Origin: a virus
Lineage: Duplodnaviria > Caudoviricetes
Direction: 5' to 3' (one strand)
Length of the DNA stretch: 60,124 nucleotides
IMG/VR virus record: IMGVR_UViG_3300038552_000146
Coordinates: 1 to 60,124 of that record
The stretch's first letter is position 1; the number at the start of each line of letters is the position of its first letter. Both the position numbers and the translations under genes were made by a program. Below are positions 46,631 to 55,039 of the stretch, one piece after another. The notes below the pieces were generated by a model that was given only the letters and a program-made list of their open reading frames with translations, did no database searches and was not told where the DNA came from.

Positions 46631-47017
46631 TCAGCTTGTGAACGTGGTCCGGCGACGTCGTATGAGTAGCACCAGGAGCGCACCGGAGCCGAGCGCGGCG
46701 AGTCCGGCCAGCGCGAACCAAAGCGGCGTGGAGCCGGTCACCGGCAGGGACGGCACCGGTGCGGCGCCCCCGGTCGGCTCGGGCGTGGCGGTTATCGTGG
46801 GCTCCGGCGTGATGGTCATCGTCGGCTCCGGCGTGATGGTCATCGTCGGCTCCGGCGTGATGGTCATCGTGGGATCGGGCTCCACCGTGGCGGTTGCCGT
46901 GGGATCGGGCTCCATCATGGCGGCGGCCGGACCCGTGATCCCGGTGGCCAGCATGATTGCGGCGACCAGTACCAGGCCGAACCTGGCCAACGCGGTGGCC
47001 AGTCGGGTCATCATCAA
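46631..47017 (-). CDS. LPXTG sortase-anchored surface protein with Pro/Thr repeats
   Basis: Signal peptide ending AAA; PEPTMTIT repeats (24-bp x3 at ~46800-46871); LPVTG, TM helix, RRRR tail. Confidence 0.85.
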   Translation of the reverse strand: MMMTRLATALARFGLVLVAAIMLATGITGPAAAMMEPDPTATATVEPDPTMTITPEPTMTITPEPTMTITPEPTITATPEPTGGAAPVPSLPVTGSTPLWFALAGLAALGSGALLVLLIRRRRTTFTS

Positions 47018-47051
47018 GATCTTCCCTTCGTCGGAGCTTGAACAGCAAGAA

Positions 47052-47081
47052 ACCTTACAGCATCGCCGGGAAAGTAGTCAA
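47052..47081 (-). promoter_or_regulatory. Repeated phage promoter (variant)
   Basis: TTGACT-N18-TAAGGT. Confidence 0.6.
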
Positions 47082-47356
47082 CCGGGTAGCGACATGAACG
47101 CGGCCAGGCTGATCACGATCAGCGCGATGCCCACGGCCACGGTAACCACGGTCCACGTCGGCAGGCCGTGCCGTCCGGTCCATCCGTGCTGAACCGCCAG
47201 GTCTTGTTCTACCCGACTGGCCAACGGCGGCGACCCGGGACTGTCCCAGGGCCGCTCGTACGCGCCGGGGAGAGCTGGCGGCTCCCCCCATTCTGCCAAC
47301 GTCCGCACCCAATCTTGCCGGGGCGACCGCTCAACGGGGCCCATCTCTTCCTTCAT
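47078..47356 (-). CDS. Protein with C-terminal TM helix
   Basis: WTVVTVAVGIALIVISLAAFM; start uncertain. Confidence 0.55.
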   Translation of the reverse strand: MKEEMGPVERSPRQDWVRTLAEWGEPPALPGAYERPWDSPGSPPLASRVEQDLAVQHGWTGRHGLPTWTVVTVAVGIALIVISLAAFMSLPG

Positions 47357-47388
47357 CAACCCATCTTTCTGACGATTTATTGTCAATG

Positions 47389-47658
47389 GTGAGCGTGGGT
47401 GCCAGGGGCTTGAACCCCAGTGCCTGCCGGCCACCCGCCTTGTACCCCATGCCTTGCCGTGCCACACCTAGCTCGACCGCGCCTCACCCGGCCACGCCAA
47501 GCCACGCCGTGCCTAGCCAGGCCGCGAACGTAGGTGCCGAGGGCTCGAACCCCGGTGCCTGCCAGCCACCCACCTAGTACTCCATGCCCTGCCGTGTCTT
47601 GCCCTGCCATGCCGAGCCGTGCCATGCCGCGCCCTTCCCGGCCCCACTGTGACAGGCC
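47389..47658 (-). ncRNA. (GGY-NN)n guide-like array, distal block (2 units)
   Basis: Tracts 47584-47658 and 47449-47523 in strict 5-nt register, each followed on minus by a 60-nt conserved handle (47524-47583, 47389-47448). Confidence 0.85.
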
Positions 47659-47671
47659 AAGCAATGGACGC

Positions 47672-48181
47672 TCATACAGCCTTTTCGGACCGCGATTCAA
47701 TCATTCTCTTCAGGTCGGAGATATTGGAACTCCGGCGCCCAGAGACCTCTGCAGCCATCTGGGCGGAGAACACCACGCGGTCCAGCCGCTCCCGTTCGAA
47801 CTGGCTCAGCTCCTCCCGGCGGCTGTTCAGCGCGGATGCTCCCCGGATCACTCGGCCTGCCGCGCGTCGGGTCTTGGCCAGGCGGCGGTTCACTTGTTGC
47901 AACTCCTTGGACGCATCCAGGACGATCCAGCCGAACCGCGCCACGGTACCCACCGTGCGCTCTCCCCGGGCTTCCAGGTTCTTCTGCGTGTCGCGCATAG
48001 CGGCTTGCACGATACGCAGCGTCCGGTCCGTTAGCTGCATGAACCCGAGGGCTTCACCGGCCTCCCGGTAGGTCACCTCATCCCCAACATTCTTGGCGCT
48101 CACCAGATCGGCGAGCTTGCGCCAGCGGGGGGAGACCCCATCTACTGGCTCGAATAGCTTTCGCTCCACTTGATCTCCCAT
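47672..48181 (-). CDS. Array-embedded protein, winged-helix-like plus coiled coil
   Basis: GDEVTYREAGEALG...TVARFGWIVL; GGAG upstream; flanked by pentamer tracts on both sides. Confidence 0.75.
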   Translation of the reverse strand: MGDQVERKLFEPVDGVSPRWRKLADLVSAKNVGDEVTYREAGEALGFMQLTDRTLRIVQAAMRDTQKNLEARGERTVGTVARFGWIVLDASKELQQVNRRLAKTRRAAGRVIRGASALNSRREELSQFERERLDRVVFSAQMAAEVSGRRSSNISDLKRMIESRSEKAV

Positions 48182-48195
48182 CTCCGTTGTACTCC

Positions 48196-48852
48196 GTGCC
48201 CTGCCGCGCCATGCCTAGCCACGCTTCACCTAGCCGCGCCTGGCCGCGAGCGTGGGTGCCAGGGGCTTGAACCCCGGTGCCTGCCAGCCACCCTCCTTGT
48301 TGTCCCATGCCCTGCCGCACCTCGCCTAGCCGAGCCATGCCCTGCCACGCCATTCCGAGCCGCGAGCGTGGGTGCCAGGGGCTTGAACCCCGGTGCCTGC
48401 CGGTCACCCGCCTGTTGTCCCATGCCTTGCCCAGCTTTGCTGAGCCGCGCCCAGCCCTACCTAGCCGTGAGCGTGGATGCCGGGGGCTCGAACCCCGGTG
48501 CCTGCCGGTCACCCTCCTTGTTGTCCCATGCCTTGCCGTGCTGTGCCCGGCTCTGCCAAGCCCTGCCTAGCCCTGCCTCGCCTTGCCATGCCTGACCGTG
48601 CCAAGAGCGTGGGTGCCAGGGGCTCGAACCCCGGTGCCTGCCAGCCACCCGCCTTGTGCCCCATGCCTTGCTCAGCCCAGCCCCACCTCACCTCGCCTTG
48701 CTACGCCAAGCCGTACCGAGCCGCGAACGTAGATGCCGGGGGCTCGAACCCCGGTGCCTGCCGGTCACCCACCTGGTACTCCATGCCTTGCCATGACCCG
48801 CCATGCCAGGCCGTGCCTTGCCCAGCCTTGCCATGCCGAGCCCTGCTAGGCC
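48196..48852 (-). ncRNA. (GGY-NN)n guide-like array, proximal block (5 full units plus a leader tract)
   Basis: Tracts 48783-48852 (14 pentamers), 48663-48722 (12), 48528-48602 (15), 48422-48466 (9), 48307-48361 (11), 48196-48245 (10), separated by five ~60-nt handles. Confidence 0.9.
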
Positions 48853-48860
48853 GTGAACGC

Positions 48861-49433
48861 CTACTTCACCTCGGCCGAGAAACGACCGTAGAACCTGCGG
48901 TAGTCACCGACACCGACCGCCCGGCCCGCTTTCTGCGCCAGCATCGCGAAGTGCTCGGGGTTCAGCACCTCATCATCTACCAGCACGTCGAACGCACACG
49001 ACCACTCGGGAAAGATCGGCCGAGTGACCGGGATACGGACCCGGTTGACAGCAGCCAACCGGCGATCCACGAACCGACCGGTTCCGTCTCCCCAGAGCGT
49101 GCCCAGATCCCGGGGGCCGGGGTACTCTAACCGCGCCCGATCGGCCTGGAAGATCACGCCGCGCTCGACCTTCTTACCGTCACGGGTCATCGATCCGGCC
49201 TCGATCAGGCACCGGAAGATGTTGGCGGCCGGCAGGTACGGGCCGTACGCGTCGTCCCAGTACAGACCGGCGATGAACTTCAGCCGGGAGATCTCCATCT
49301 CATCCGCGTCGGTCTTGTTGGTGCGCTTCGCCGTGATCTCCTTGATCGCCCTCGCATACGGGTTGAGCGGATCCGCCGTCTGCGCGTTGTGCATGATCAA
49401 CGGGGTGGTCCCCGTCATGGTCAGAGTCATCAT
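48861..49433 (-). CDS. Cas7/RAMP-like RNA-binding protein (190 aa)
   Basis: TMTGTTPLIMHN strand 1, GPYLPAANIFRCL, TRPIFPEW, C-terminal Gly-rich loop AGRAVGVGDYRRFYGRF; AGGAG RBS. Confidence 0.75.
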   Translation of the reverse strand: MMTLTMTGTTPLIMHNAQTADPLNPYARAIKEITAKRTNKTDADEMEISRLKFIAGLYWDDAYGPYLPAANIFRCLIEAGSMTRDGKKVERGVIFQADRARLEYPGPRDLGTLWGDGTGRFVDRRLAAVNRVRIPVTRPIFPEWSCAFDVLVDDEVLNPEHFAMLAQKAGRAVGVGDYRRFYGRFSAEVK

Positions 49434-49462
49434 CGTCTGGTCTCCTGTCTCCGTGGTGCTCC

Positions 49463-49512
49463 GTGCCTTGCCGAGCCATGCCAAGACCTGCCTCGCCCTG
49501 CTAAGCCCTGCC
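49463..49512 (-). repeat. (GGY-NN)10 tract in the 5' leader of the Cas7-like gene
   Basis: Minus: GGCag GGCtt AGCag GGCga GGCag GTCtt GGCat GGCtc GGCaa GGCac. Confidence 0.85.
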
Positions 49513-49523
49513 GTGCGGTTCAA

Positions 49524-49553
49524 ACCTTACCGTCATGCCGGCGAGGTTGTCAA
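49524..49553 (-). promoter_or_regulatory. Repeated phage promoter driving the Cas7-like/array operon
   Basis: TTGACA-acctcgccggcatgacgg-TAAGGT. Confidence 0.75.
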
Positions 49554-52500
49554 CCCTTGACGTAGCACTGCCCCCATGAGGTCCCCGGACGGCTGACATC
49601 CGCCAGGATCGGTACGCCGTCCAGATCAAAGGACAACGCGTCCACCACGGCCTGACCCACCTCTCTCACCTCACGCTCCGGGACAGACAGGACTATTTCA
49701 TCGTGGATCTGCGCCCGAAGCATCGGCAGAATTCGCGCGTCCAGCCGAAGAAGACCGTGCATCATAATGTCCCTGGCCGCACCTTGACCCATCAACGCCG
49801 GAGCCTGAGTATGGGCACGCTGGGGATCAGCACGCATCAGTCTTCCAAACCCATTGTCCAAGAGGTGGCCATTCTCAGCCAGCGTACGAACCTCACCCTG
49901 CCACTCCACCAGCCTGGGGAAACGCTCGCGCATAGACGAATCAAACTGACGAACCAACGATGGCTCGATATCGTGGCTTTCACTAATAGCCTTAATACCC
50001 CGGCCATAATTCCAGCCGTGACCAATTGCTTTCGCAATTTCACGCTTACCCGCGTCCCCGAATAGCTGAATGGCGATTTGCGTATGCGGATCCTCGTGAC
50101 CAAGCATGTCAATGTACGCGGCATCCTGACTTAGCCAAGCTACCGCGCGCATGTCCACCTGAGACAGGTCTGCTGAAATCAGTACCTCACCGGGATCGGG
50201 GAGGAGGACGTCTCGCTCTACGTGCCGTCCGCCCCGCTTGCCCAGCACGGTCAGGCCCGGCGAGGTGACCGACCATCGCCCGGTAGCCTGGGCGAAACTG
50301 ATCCGAGGGTGGACCCGGCCGTCCGGACCGGTGTGATCCGAAATGGTCTGGTAGACCGAGCGTGCGCCAACGATCCGGTACACGTTCTTAGCTATCTCCC
50401 GCACCCGGGGAAGATGGGCATACTCGCTGGCCAGATGCTTCATGTGCTCGCCCGAGGTATCCAGATCCTGGCTCTTCCCGGTACGCCAGAGCGAGGTAGC
50501 CCCGGCCGCCCGGAGGGCGGTTTCCAGGGCTGCCTTGCCATTCTTGGTGGCCAGGGGGCTCTTGTACGGCTTTCCCTTAGCGTCGGACAGCGGGACCCCA
50601 GCATTCTTGGCCAGCCACGCGAGGCTCTGAGCCTTCCGTTCGTCCACCTCGGTCACGCGCTTGGCCAACAGTTCTGGATCTACCCGGAACCCGTTGTAGC
50701 TGATCTGCGTGGCCAGAGCCGCTACGCGGTGTTCTCGCGCCAGGTACTCGGGCACCGTGCCACCCAGCCACGCCAGGAGCGTGCGGTACAGCCTGCGGCT
50801 CAGCTCCACATCCTGAACCATGTATCGAACGAACTCAGTCGCGTCCGCCGCGCGCTCGGGGTCCGGGTCAGCCGTGTCGATCGGGATCAGACCCCATCCC
50901 CCGTACTTCTTGGCCAGGGCCTTAGACACGTCGGTCAGCTTCTCGCCCAGGCCGTACTGCTGTCCGAGCGCACCAAGATCATACTTTCTGGTGGCGTCTA
51001 CGCCCTTGTCTCTCGCCATGGGCGGATCCAGGTACCGCGCGGCAAGGATCGCATCGAACAGCCGCCCGTCAGCCGCGAGCTGGTGGACCTCGGTCATGGT
51101 CAGCGCGCCCTCGCGGACCAGCGCGGGCAGGTCGAACGCCATGATGTTGTGCCCGGTGACCACCGCGCCGGTCCGGACCGCGTGAGCGGCCAACGCCGGG
51201 GCGCCGTCCCCGGCCGCCACGGTGACCGGCCGGTCCTCCCGGGCGGCCCCCGCCAGGCGGATGTAACCCGGACCGTTCCGGTACAGCTCATCCGCGTGAC
51301 CGGTCTCCAGGTCGAACGCGGCCACGCCGCCAACCCCGCCACGGGCTATTCCGGGGACCTCTACCGCGTCAATCAGGTCGGACATGTCCACCTCTATCGA
51401 TCCGGGTGAACCGTCCACAGGTTTGTCCACAGGCTGGGGATTCTCCTCCCCGGTTGACGTGTCAGTGTCAACCGGTGGCCGGACTTCATCGTGGCCCCGC
51501 CCGTCCGTGTCCTCGGGAGCCGGACCGCGTGCCTCGGCATGCTCGTTCTCCGGCGGCGGCTCAGGCTCCGGGTTGCCCTCGGTCGGCCCGTCCTCGTCAT
51601 CCTCGAACACGGCCCAGACACTCACGTGGCCGTGGGCCGATCCATTGCGCTCGATCCACAGTCCGTCATACCGGCGCCCCCGCAGGCGCGAGTACGCCTC
51701 CCCGAGCGCCTTGCCATACCCCTTCTCACTCGGGTCATCCAGCTTGGGGGGAGCGAGATACCCAGGTGGGTCCGTCATCGCCTTCTCGCGGACCTGAGCG
51801 GTCCGGAACGGCTGGTCCCCGAACACGTCTCTGAGCCAACGGAGATGGCCGGCCCAGTACTGGGTATCGAAGTCCGATTCGGAGCGCCAGACCTTCAGGT
51901 TGCCCAGGAACCCGGCCAGTCCAGCGGTTTCCACGATGCCGCCCGCGATCTTCTCCCAGATCTCAAACGATCCAAACGACACGCCGCGCACCGGCCGTGG
52001 TGAACCGGCCGCGAACCATGCCCTGATCAGGGTCAGGATCGACGCCATCAGCTCGCGCCGGTTGTCCCGGGTCCAGCTCCCTAGATCGAGGCCTGATTGG
52101 CCCGGGTGCCGGAACGAACTGGCCGGACGATCCTGAGGGTTGGCATAAGTCGGCCGCAGCGCGATCCGGTAGACCCGACGCGTGAGGTCTCCCCGGACCT
52201 GCACCTGGTTCCCGAGGCTGATCCAGGTGATCACGTTCGGGAAGTTGGCCATCGTGCTGACCCCGAGAATCCGATCTTGCCAAGTGGCGGCCGTCAACGC
52301 CTGGGCCAGCGGGGCACCCTCGATCGTGTGGGCTTCATCGAACACGAAGAACTCCGCGCCGGTACGGAACGCGGCCGTGATCTGCTTTCTGAGTTCCTCC
52401 GCCTCGGGAACCCAGTTCATCGGTTCGGCCGCGCCGCCGGTGTAGACCATCAAGAGGCTGTCCGCCAGAAGGTTCTTGCCCACACCCATCTGAAGACCAT

Positions 52501-53848
52501 CGATAACCGCCAGCGGCACCTTAGGAACCATGCCTCGAATAGCTGGGGTGACGATCAGCGCCAACACGTTGGCCCGATCAATGTCCGATTCAAACGGGAA
52601 GTCACCCAACCACTCCTCCAGCAACAGCCCACGTGCCGCCATGATCTCGGCCGGACTCGGATCCTCCGGCACCTTCAGGCCCTCAAACACCGGGTCCGGG
52701 AGAAGCATGGTCCGGGTCTGTTCGTCGTATCCTGGCTCAGTGACCACGGTCCCGTCGCTACGTACAAATGGCGCGTGAGCGATCCGGTCTAACGCGGCGA
52801 ACCGGTCAGCTCGACTCAAGACGGCCGCCATAGAATTGGGGTCCGGCCAAGAATAGGAGTATGTGGTCCCGTTCGCACCCTCGTTCTCGTTGACTGTTAT
52901 TGCTGTCTCTTGAACCACGTCGTTGAATGAGCCCTTATCTACCGGGTGCATCCCATCACGCTTACGTCGGGAGATCACCCCGCCGTGATTGAACAGTTCC
53001 ACGGCGTTCCACCGGCTCAGCAGCGCATCAGTAAGATCGTTGATCACGGTAAAACGATCTCGGTTGACCACGATCGTGGTGCGCCCATCATCCGATTTGG
53101 GAGCCTCGCGAGTTTTCTTCCTGCCGGTCGGCTTCTGGTCAGATGGCTTGGGTCGGGCCTTGTCGATGACCCTGGCCAGGTAGTCCGCGCGCCGATCGGT
53201 CGGGCGTGCCCCCAATACATCGTCCAGCCCTGACTTACCTCCCCCGGGGAGGCGGCCGAACACAACCTTGTTCGCGCCCTCCATCGCCAGGGCCTCGGCC
53301 AGACCCGTCCCAGCCTCATACACCTGGGGGTTCTCGGCCGCGTCCGCGTCCAAGATCACTACCACATCGCGGCCGTCCGCCACCACGAGATCCGAGATCG
53401 GCCGTCCCTCGACCTGCCACATGCGACACCCGGCGATGCCGTACACGCCTACACCCGGCGGTGCGTAGCTCGCAGCGGACAGGCACTGCTTGGTACCCTC
53501 CACAATCAAGATCCGCTCAGCCGTGGCGACCGGACGCACGGCCCAGAGGACCGGGGTCATCTCCTTGCGAAACACGTACTTGCGCTCCCGGCCGCGCCCG
53601 TCCTTGGTTGGGTTGTCCGGCCGGACCTGAAACTCCACGTCCCCGGCCTCGTTGGTCCAAGGGAACAACAGCGCCGGATGGTTCGCCCAGTTGCCCCATA
53701 CGCCCTCCTGAGGGTTGTCCTCGCGGCTCATCAGCGAACGCACGCCGAGTGATACGGCCAGCTCCACGTCTACGGCCTGAGCGGTCAGAAATTCCGCGTG
53801 GTCCTGGCTGAGCTGTCCTATCGGCCGCCCCGTGTTATCGTTTGCCAC
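49550..53848 (-). CDS. Fused TOPRIM primase (DUF3854-like) / P-loop helicase / family A DNA polymerase with 3'-5' exonuclease
   Basis: LIVEGTK, ILDAD, GLDD (TOPRIM); GLQMGVGKNL, FVFDE (Walker A/B); FDLETG, GHNIMAFD, YMVQD (Exo I-III); ADLSQVDMR, RxxxKxxxxxxxYG, IHDE (PolA A/B/C). GTG 53848 after GGAGG. Confidence 0.9.
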   Translation of the reverse strand: MANDNTGRPIGQLSQDHAEFLTAQAVDVELAVSLGVRSLMSREDNPQEGVWGNWANHPALLFPWTNEAGDVEFQVRPDNPTKDGRGRERKYVFRKEMTPVLWAVRPVATAERILIVEGTKQCLSAASYAPPGVGVYGIAGCRMWQVEGRPISDLVVADGRDVVVILDADAAENPQVYEAGTGLAEALAMEGANKVVFGRLPGGGKSGLDDVLGARPTDRRADYLARVIDKARPKPSDQKPTGRKKTREAPKSDDGRTTIVVNRDRFTVINDLTDALLSRWNAVELFNHGGVISRRKRDGMHPVDKGSFNDVVQETAITVNENEGANGTTYSYSWPDPNSMAAVLSRADRFAALDRIAHAPFVRSDGTVVTEPGYDEQTRTMLLPDPVFEGLKVPEDPSPAEIMAARGLLLEEWLGDFPFESDIDRANVLALIVTPAIRGMVPKVPLAVIDGLQMGVGKNLLADSLLMVYTGGAAEPMNWVPEAEELRKQITAAFRTGAEFFVFDEAHTIEGAPLAQALTAATWQDRILGVSTMANFPNVITWISLGNQVQVRGDLTRRVYRIALRPTYANPQDRPASSFRHPGQSGLDLGSWTRDNRRELMASILTLIRAWFAAGSPRPVRGVSFGSFEIWEKIAGGIVETAGLAGFLGNLKVWRSESDFDTQYWAGHLRWLRDVFGDQPFRTAQVREKAMTDPPGYLAPPKLDDPSEKGYGKALGEAYSRLRGRRYDGLWIERNGSAHGHVSVWAVFEDDEDGPTEGNPEPEPPPENEHAEARGPAPEDTDGRGHDEVRPPVDTDTSTGEENPQPVDKPVDGSPGSIEVDMSDLIDAVEVPGIARGGVGGVAAFDLETGHADELYRNGPGYIRLAGAAREDRPVTVAAGDGAPALAAHAVRTGAVVTGHNIMAFDLPALVREGALTMTEVHQLAADGRLFDAILAARYLDPPMARDKGVDATRKYDLGALGQQYGLGEKLTDVSKALAKKYGGWGLIPIDTADPDPERAADATEFVRYMVQDVELSRRLYRTLLAWLGGTVPEYLAREHRVAALATQISYNGFRVDPELLAKRVTEVDERKAQSLAWLAKNAGVPLSDAKGKPYKSPLATKNGKAALETALRAAGATSLWRTGKSQDLDTSGEHMKHLASEYAHLPRVREIAKNVYRIVGARSVYQTISDHTGPDGRVHPRISFAQATGRWSVTSPGLTVLGKRGGRHVERDVLLPDPGEVLISADLSQVDMRAVAWLSQDAAYIDMLGHEDPHTQIAIQLFGDAGKREIAKAIGHGWNYGRGIKAISESHDIEPSLVRQFDSSMRERFPRLVEWQGEVRTLAENGHLLDNGFGRLMRADPQRAHTQAPALMGQGAARDIMMHGLLRLDARILPMLRAQIHDEIVLSVPEREVREVGQAVVDALSFDLDGVPILADVSRPGTSWGQCYVKG

Positions 53849-53944
53849 AGTTTGGTCTTCCCTCCAAGGTTGATCTCTCCGGGCCAAGACCCCCTCACGG
53901 AGGTCTTGGCCCGGCTCCGTCCCATGACCCTACGCCTGTGACGT

Positions 53945-54946
53945 TCAGTCGGCGGGAACCTCGGTAACGGTGGTCGGGGACTCCAGCTCATCCCGGACCT
54001 TCTGGAGAGCCTCAGCCATGAGTCGGGGACCCCATGTCTCCGCGTCGGAGATCGAGCGGAGCTGGGACTCCCGCCTGTCAATGATCTTCAACGCTTCGGC
54101 CAGATCGACTCCCAACTGAGCCGCGTTGCGCTCGGCACGTTCGGCCCGCTCGCGGTTCTTTACCCTGTGCTCGTTCGCGTCAGCAATCTGGCTGCAAAGC
54201 TCGGCGATTTCCTTCCGGCCGTTGACAGCCTCTTCCTTGGCCCTGGCCAGGAGACGATCCCGAGCATCGACGCTCTGTCGGGCCTCGGCCAGTTCACGCG
54301 CTAGCTGGGACACGCGGAGGTTCAGTGCGGCAGCTCGGTCGATCTCCCGATACGCCCGGTTCTTGAACGTCTCCCGCTCGTCCTCAAGTTCCTCGATCCG
54401 ACCCTTCCGATGGATCAACCGAGCCAACTTAGCCTCAAGTTCCTCGACCCGGCGACGAAGCGGAGCACTCACCAGCTCAGCCTCGCTGACCTGCGCGTCC
54501 ACCAGTTGATCCCACGTGTACAGCCTGTCCTTTCGACCCCACGTAGGGCTCCCAGGACCTTCGCTGTTGATCTGATCAACGATGCCTTGCCGGGCCTCGG
54601 CCAGTTCACGCTTTAGCTGGACCTTTGCCAGAGCCAGCTCCTGACGCGCTGTTTCAGCAGCCCGGCGCGCGGAGGTTTCCTTGTCCCGGTCTGCCATCAG
54701 TTCCGTGACCCGGCGCTCCTGACCGGCGCACGCCACTTTCCACTCATCCCGCTCCTGGGTCCGCTTGGTCAACTCAGCCTCAAGTTCCTCGACCCGGCGA
54801 CGAAGTGGAGCACTTACCAGCTCAGCCTCACTGACCTGGAGGTGAGCCACCTCGGTGAAGGTGTACATCCGCTCCCCGTTGACCTCGACCCTGACCCGAC
54901 CGTCCTCGATCTCCTCAACCGTCTTGACATGGACTGTGGCAGCCAT
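53945..54946 (-). CDS. Coiled-coil protein with internal duplication
   Basis: QVSEAELVSAPLRRRVEELEA occurs twice (DNA 54431-54493 / 54776-54838); GGAGGT RBS. Confidence 0.75.
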   Translation of the reverse strand: MAATVHVKTVEEIEDGRVRVEVNGERMYTFTEVAHLQVSEAELVSAPLRRRVEELEAELTKRTQERDEWKVACAGQERRVTELMADRDKETSARRAAETARQELALAKVQLKRELAEARQGIVDQINSEGPGSPTWGRKDRLYTWDQLVDAQVSEAELVSAPLRRRVEELEAKLARLIHRKGRIEELEDERETFKNRAYREIDRAAALNLRVSQLARELAEARQSVDARDRLLARAKEEAVNGRKEIAELCSQIADANEHRVKNRERAERAERNAAQLGVDLAEALKIIDRRESQLRSISDAETWGPRLMAEALQKVRDELESPTTVTEVPAD

Positions 54947-55010
54947 CAGACCTCCCCATCCTTGGGGGGACCGGGGGGACCTTCCAGTCCTCCCGGTCCC
55001 CGGGTTCATA

Positions 55011-55039
55011 ACCTTACAGCCTTGCCGCTCAAGTAGCAA
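55011..55039 (-). promoter_or_regulatory. Repeated phage promoter (variant)
   Basis: TTGCTA-cttgagcggcaaggctg-TAAGGT. Confidence 0.5.

Noticed and set aside
47389-48852. Canonical CRISPR array
   Set aside because: Repeats are ~60 nt and degenerate, 'spacers' are internally periodic and 45-75 nt long, and no cas1/cas2 or other cas genes were recognised.
47380-49130. Numerous ORFs over the array (e.g. 48078..48512, 48170..48595, 48477..49130, 47383..47700)
   Set aside because: Low-complexity ARLG/PCxA translations in all frames are the by-product of a 5-nt periodic, stop-poor repeat.
49434-49523. N-terminal extension of the Cas7-like ORF to 49523
   Set aside because: It is the pentamer leader; the RBS lies just before ATG 49433.
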